A stretch of 44,105 nucleotides of DNA from Hormoscilla sp. (GTDB lineage: Bacteria; Cyanobacteriota; Cyanobacteriia; Cyanobacteriales; Desertifilaceae). The stretch spans positions 1-44,105 of the forward strand of contig JBFRWI010000077.1 in NCBI GenBank assembly GCA_051439505.1, read 5' to 3'. The translations under genes and the position numbers were made by a program. The stretch's first letter is position 1. The number at the start of each line of letters is the position of its first letter. Shown in pieces: positions 39,305 to 44,105 of the stretch. The notes below the pieces were generated by a model that was given only the letters and a program-made list of their open reading frames with translations, searched no databases and was not told the origin of the DNA.

Positions 39305-40156
39305 TCATTCTGACCATCCCAGAGTTTCCCGAATGCGGGGAGTTTCCAGGAGTTTTTTAGTTTCTGCTATCAGGCGATCGCCCCAGAGATTTTCTTTGAG
39401 GAACTCTATATCGGCGTAGCTTGGGTCTAGCTGCAAAGCCGCTTGGGCCATGGCCAATCCCGCTTCTATATCTCCCTGAGCATATAGAGCTACTGCCAGT
39501 GCCAACTGCGGTTCCGCAGCTTTGCTGTTAATTTCTACGGCGGATTCCCACTGGGCGATCGCGCCTTCTATATCTCCCTGTTCGTATTTTACCAGCCCGA
39601 TATTGTTAATTGCTTGCCAGAAGTTCAGCTCTTGGGCTACTGCTTTTTCATACTCGGCGATCGCCTTTTCGTAGTCGTTCAACTTGTAGTAGGTATTACC
39701 CAAGTTAAACAAAGCCATTATTTCATCTGGTAGTATTCTCAAACCCGCTTGCAGGTATTGGGCGGCTGCACCATACTGTTCTTGCCCGAAGTAAACAGAC
39801 CCCAAACTAAACAGAATTATCGGGTTATTGGGTTCCAAAGACCGGGCTGATTGCAGAGCGGCAATTGACTTATCTAACTCATTTGTTTCTAAATACAACC
39901 CACCCAGAATCAACCATAATCGCGGCCTATCAGGCAGTAGCTGCGTGGCCAGAACCATTCTGGGCAACGCCTGTTGAATTTGCCCGAACTGCAACAACTG
40001 CTCCGCTTGCTGTACTAGCCTCGTCCCTTTTAACTGTAATTGCTCTTCCGACAGCTGTAAGGTATGAGGCACTAATGCCTGTCCATATGCTGGTGCGGTC
40101 CCAGTCCATAATCCACCTATTACCAACAGAGATAGCAACCGATTACCTTTGGGCAC
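39305..40156 (-). CDS. Tetratricopeptide repeat protein with signal peptide
   Basis: Repeated 34 aa TPR patterns (ALFNLGNTYY..YEKAIAEYEKA). Confidence 0.9.
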   Translation of the reverse strand: MPKGNRLLSLLVIGGLWTGTAPAYGQALVPHTLQLSEEQLQLKGTRLVQQAEQLLQFGQIQQALPRMVLATQLLPDRPRLWLILGGLYLETNELDKSIAALQSARSLEPNNPIILFSLGSVYFGQEQYGAAAQYLQAGLRILPDEIMALFNLGNTYYKLNDYEKAIAEYEKAVAQELNFWQAINNIGLVKYEQGDIEGAIAQWESAVEINSKAAEPQLALAVALYAQGDIEAGLAMAQAALQLDPSYADIEFLKENLWGDRLIAETKKLLETPRIRETLGWSE

Positions 40157-40701
40157 AGTACCCGCCTCATTATCTAGAGTTTGCCTGGGATCCTATTGAG
40201 CCGAACAGCTACTATCCCTTGGGGTCAGCCGTTGGCAAGCAGGTCAGCCAACTAAATGCTAACATAGGACCATATTCCCAGTATAATCATGGGCGTTGGT
40301 CAAGAGCGGACTTGCTGCCTGCCACCGAAGAGTTTGTGGTATGCCTGGGGTGCGGGAGCAGCTGGTGCCTTTCGGGCGGGAGCATGTTGCGACCCAACTT
40401 GAGTTCCTGGCTCCGGAGCCTGTCTGTACCGGTGTGGTGCAGTAGGCCAATAAGGTTACAGACTCTTGCATAAAATCCGGATCGTGCGATCGCCTCGTAG
40501 CATGAAGAAACCCGGTTTTTCGGCGTTTAGCACTGGCAACAGCACGTGCAGTCCCCCGCAGCCAAAGCTTTATCCTCCCCAGTAAACTCGCGACAGTCGG
40601 TTGCCGGTTTGCTTGGGTGCGGTTGTGCTGCTGTTGGGGGTGGCGATCGCCCCTGTGGGTACAGAATAGAATTGCATCGCTAGCCGCGTTAAAGGTTTTG
40701 T

Positions 40702-41271
40702 ATGTTTTCAATGAAGAACAATTTCTCTACACCCATCGCGAACCGACAGCTTGGGACTGCCAGACCGCGATCTTTATTTTGCTCCGTTCTGGCAGCCAGT
40801 ACCTTATTATTCACCATCACCGGCTGCAACAGCCTCCTTACAGATCGGTATGAAGCAACCGCTACTGTTACCTATACCTGGCAGGTGAATTACTCCTCAG
40901 ACTCCAGGGACAGGGAAATTCCACGTCGGGAAACTTTTGCATCCACCTCTTTAGTTAACCGCAATGGCCAGAAGCCAGAAAACGCAGTTACTGGACCCGA
41001 CGATCGGGGCCTCTGGTGGCCTGCCCTACCTCCCCGCCCTACCGTAGATGATATAGAACAGCGCCAGGACTATGATGAAGATCCCAGCAGTCCGAAACTG
41101 TTGAAAGATGTCTTGTACCACCTCAGCTATCAAATTGGCGAAGAGACCCGCAACCTGCCTACCAACTATGAAGTTTATCGGGAAGTTGCTAAAGCCTATC
41201 CGGACCGCATGCCATTAAAATTTACCCTCGGTCCGGGCGATCGCACTGTCACCAAAGCATCAAGAGAATAA
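40702..41271 (+). CDS. Hypothetical lipoprotein
   Basis: Hydrophobic stretch ending in the lipobox-like ITGC; start uncertain. Confidence 0.75.
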   Translation: MFSMKNNFSTPIANRQLGTARPRSLFCSVLAASTLLFTITGCNSLLTDRYEATATVTYTWQVNYSSDSRDREIPRRETFASTSLVNRNGQKPENAVTGPDDRGLWWPALPPRPTVDDIEQRQDYDEDPSSPKLLKDVLYHLSYQIGEETRNLPTNYEVYREVAKAYPDRMPLKFTLGPGDRTVTKASRE

Positions 41272-41310
41272 TTTGTCGCTCACGAGAGTACTCATTATTT
41301 AAAAATGCGC

Positions 41311-41489
41311 AGGAGAACCCAGCACAGGGCTCTCCTTGTGGAGTCGATGTGAGCGATATAGAGATTTACCTGGCCCGGAGTTACGCAAAAAACGCCTATT
41401 TCCGTTGCTTGACCCAAAAAGGCGCTTTTTGCGCAGTCCGGGCCGGGCATCCCTGGTTCCGCTTGGGCTGGTACAGAGTTGACTTTCCC
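41311..41489 (-). ncRNA. ssrS: 6S RNA (cyanobacterial SsaA/6Sa)
   Basis: Long rod with complementary ends (GGGAAAG.../...GGGTTCTCC) and central arms GCGCAAAAAGCGCCT/AGGCGTTTTTTGCGT; motifs CCAGCCCAAG, CAAGCAACGGAA, CAGGTAAATCTCTATA and CACAAGGAGAGCC recalled from cyanobacterial 6S RNA. Confidence 0.85.
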
Positions 41490-41518
41490 AGCCCCCATGA
41501 ACCTTTATTTCTGAATAT

Positions 41519-41547
41519 ACTATAGCTAACTTTGTGGATATTGTCAA
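41519..41547 (-). promoter_or_regulatory. Promoter of the 6S RNA gene
   Basis: TTGACA (41547-41542), 17 bp spacer, TATAGT (41524-41519). Confidence 0.7.
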
Positions 41548-41780
41548 GGGTAAAGAGTAATTTTTTTTCCCTCTTATGGGATATTTATTTTATCTTCATA
41601 TCCCTTTTTTACCGTCACACAATTATTGAGGGCGATCGCGATCGCGAGCAATCCCTGGATGCAACTGCCTCTACCGCAGCACAACAAGAATCACCCCTCA
41701 CCGCGATCGCCCTCCCCCGCAGATGAATTTCCAGAGTGGATGACCGCGAAATAAGCCTTCAAGCTCACCGGTGGCGACCC

Positions 41781-42055
41781 GGGCGATCGCAAAAACCCGG
41801 TTTCTTGCCACCAACCGCCGATCGCACACACCCCAGGGACCAGAAACCGGGTTTCTTTTTCCACCTCGGATAAAGATTAGATGATATCTCAAAAACCCGG
41901 TTTCTTGCAACTGGCAGCCGATCGCACCCACTCCCGGGACCATCACCTTTGTTTCTTTTTTCAACTTTGGATAAGATTAGAGGATATCCCAGAAACCCGG
42001 TTTCTTGCAACTGGCAGCCGATCGCGCCCACCGTCAGAACCAGAAACCGGGTTAA
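41781..42055. repeat. Array of ~105 bp units built from AGAAACC(C/G)GGTTTCT palindromes and CGATCGC
   Basis: About 2.5 tandem units; close matches at 42978-43090 and 43371-43480. Confidence 0.85.
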
Positions 42056-42137
42056 TTTTTGTTATGATTAGAGAGTCGGCAGTTGAAATAGATGAAGGGT
42101 TATAATAAAATTAGAGTAAGGTAAGGAGGATGTTTTC

Positions 42138-42929
42138 ATGGTCAATACTGAGTTATTACCACCGGTAGTAGCAACGGAACCATCTGTGGATCTGGCAGAA
42201 ACTGGCTGGCGAGATGTAGAGGAAGTGCAACCGGATGGTACAATTAAAAATATCCAGGTCCCTCTTACATCTATGGAGTTTTTGCACCCGGAGGAGGGTT
42301 ATACTTTGCCTAGCAATACTTTCCACGAAAAGGTTAAAATAGATGCTCAGGATATGTTGAGCAATCGCTATGAGGAAGATCCCACAGTGGGAGTATTCAC
42401 GGAGCTGTCCATCGAATGGGATATTCCCGATTTGAGAAAGCACTGTCCGGACCTGTTTGTGGCCTTTGGCATCCGCAACAAGGAACAGTATCGTTCTACT
42501 TTTGTAGTTGCTGATGAAGGGGTGCGACCAGTTTTTGTTCTGGAAGTAGTGTATCCCGGCTATCGCAAGGAAGACAAGCAAACTAAATTGCTCCAATACG
42601 AACAGGCGGGAATTAGTGAATATGTAATTATAGATCGCCGTACTCGGCGCGGTCAAGAAATTTATGAGGTGTTGGGTTATCGGTTAGTAGCGGGACGCTA
42701 TTTACCGATTATTTCAGATGATGACGGACGCATCCCCTGCGAGACGATCGGGTTATGGGTCAGTATGCAGGATGGTCGTTTGGTCTTGGAAGATATGGAA
42801 ACTGGAGAACAGTTGCTGAAATCTACCGAATGGAAAGCGAAATATCAGGACTTGGAAGCGAAATTCACCGAGTTGGAAGCTCGTTTGCGGGAACTGGAAG
42901 CTGAACGGGAAGGGCGTCAATCATCATAA
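42138..42929 (+). CDS. Uma2 (DUF820) family endonuclease-fold protein
   Basis: AGGAGG RBS; PDLFV, FVLEVV and YEQAGISEYVIID motifs; C-terminal coiled coil. Confidence 0.9.
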   Translation: MVNTELLPPVVATEPSVDLAETGWRDVEEVQPDGTIKNIQVPLTSMEFLHPEEGYTLPSNTFHEKVKIDAQDMLSNRYEEDPTVGVFTELSIEWDIPDLRKHCPDLFVAFGIRNKEQYRSTFVVADEGVRPVFVLEVVYPGYRKEDKQTKLLQYEQAGISEYVIIDRRTRRGQEIYEVLGYRLVAGRYLPIISDDDGRIPCETIGLWVSMQDGRLVLEDMETGEQLLKSTEWKAKYQDLEAKFTELEARLRELEAEREGRQSS

Positions 42930-42945
42930 TGGTTAAGGGATAAAA

Positions 42946-43506
42946 TCCGATCGGGGCGGTATTGATAGCACCCCTCCCCGATCGCACCACCCCCTTAGAC
43001 CAGAAACCGGGTTTCTTTTTCCACCTCGGATAAAGATTAGATGATATCTCAGAAACCCGGTTTCTTGCAGCAAGGAGGCGATCGCACCCATCACCAAAAA
43101 CCACCGATCGCGAAACCTGTAGGGGCACGGCATCCACTTGCATAACAACCATCACCGACAATATTTATATCGCCGTGCCCCGGCCCCACCCGATCGCACC
43201 CGATCGCATCCACAACCAACGGGCGATCGCACCACAACCAACGGGCGACGCATCCATCACCAAAAACCACCGATCGCGGATATCTGTAGGGGCACGGCAT
43301 CGACAAAATAACAATTATCCACCTACCTTATTCCTATCGCCGTGCCCCGGCCCCACCCGAATATTACCGGCGATCGCACCACTCCCGGGACCAGAAACCG
43401 GGTTTCTTTTTTCAACCTTGGCCCTTTGATTAGACGATATCTCAGAAACCCGGTTTCTTGCAACTGGCAGCCGATCGCATCAATAACCGAAAACAGACGA
43501 TCGCAT
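42946..43506. repeat. Second array of AGAAACCGGGTTTCT units with interleaved GTAGGGGCACGGC REP pairs
   Basis: Duplicated CCATCACCAAAAACCACCGATCGCG..TGTAGGGGCACGGCATC..TATCGCCGTGCCCCGGCCCCACCCGA blocks. Confidence 0.85.
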
Positions 43507-43640
43507 TCCTTTACCAATATCAGACGGGCGTGGTATATAGCCCGCGTAGGCGGGCTTGGTTCCTGCTGAGCTAGACCCTAATTCGACAACTTGCGTCAGG
43601 GGAAATATTAGCAAAAGTTCCCTGCGACTGCGAGCGACAG

Positions 43641-44105
43641 TTAATTCGTACTTTGCGTTTGGAGCGTAATACCAAACAGGATCCCGAGAACTTTAGTCAA
43701 GTCATTGGGGACACCGTAGGTATTGATGTCTTTTTGAATCAACTTTTGCTGGCGATGGAATAGACCAAATTTCCAGGTATCTCCTGTCGTGACCGCTCCA
43801 TAGAGATAGTCTAAAGGAGCATCGATCCACTGGTCGAGGGCAATTAGTTCCACTGCAAGCTGGGTAAATCCTTTCCCGAGATCGGCATTTTTGGCTTCAA
43901 TAATCACCAGATTTTGAGGTTTGGGAATGAAGTAATCAAAATTTCCCTTCAGTTGGTTGCTGACTCGGATCGAATACTCAATCTTGAGGGGGGACTGGAT
44001 ATACTTGCATACGGTTTTCAGCACTGGAAAAATTAGCGATTCTCGACGGGCAATTTCTGAGGTGGGATCGACTAACGCTAAGTTTTCTGCCAATTCATGG
44101 GTCAG
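43641..44105 (-). CDS. Hypothetical PD-(D/E)XK-fold protein, 5' end probably outside the window
   Basis: GNFDYFI..VIIEAKN..FTQLAVELIAL and YGAVTTGDTWKFG motifs; the frame stays open to the window edge. Confidence 0.75.
   Translation of the reverse strand: MTHELAENLALVDPTSEIARRESLIFPVLKTVCKYIQSPLKIEYSIRVSNQLKGNFDYFIPKPQNLVIIEAKNADLGKGFTQLAVELIALDQWIDAPLDYLYGAVTTGDTWKFGLFHRQQKLIQKDINTYGVPNDLTKVLGILFGITLQTQSTN

Noticed and set aside
40160..40700. ncRNA or small gene in this intergenic region (also 31625-32440 and 37180-37640)
   Set aside because: No recognisable RNA family, RBS-supported ORF or strong fold could be supported by eye; an Rfam scan or RNA-seq would be needed.

Overview
A 44 kb window of a cyanobacterial chromosome: the HIP1 octamer GCGATCGC is abundant, and ntcA, ndhH, SigA, an SLH porin and a cyanobacterial-type 6S RNA are present. 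A housekeeping backbone (MacAB-type ABC exporter, fabI-ntcA-DUF3084, ndhH, rsmH, sigA, a GyrA/ParC-type subunit) is interspersed with conflict genes: DUF262, a XisH/XisI pair, a decayed PIN toxin-antitoxin pair, Rpn/DUF2887 and Uma2. Small mobile repeats are dense. Four MITE families have readable target-site duplications, and GTAG-type REP hairpins and palindromic arrays are common. One MITE clearly disrupts an FN3 gene, and another probably disrupts the partner of the DUF262 gene. The strongest candidate for an undescribed system is 20562-24471: an NLR-like module made of a Swt1-like HEPN RNase domain plus a STAND/NACHT-like NTPase, followed by an overlapping ORF with 14 WD40 repeats that are near-identical at the DNA level but hypervariable at a few codons, as in fungal HNWD immune receptors. 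All family assignments come from motif recognition by eye; no searches were run.
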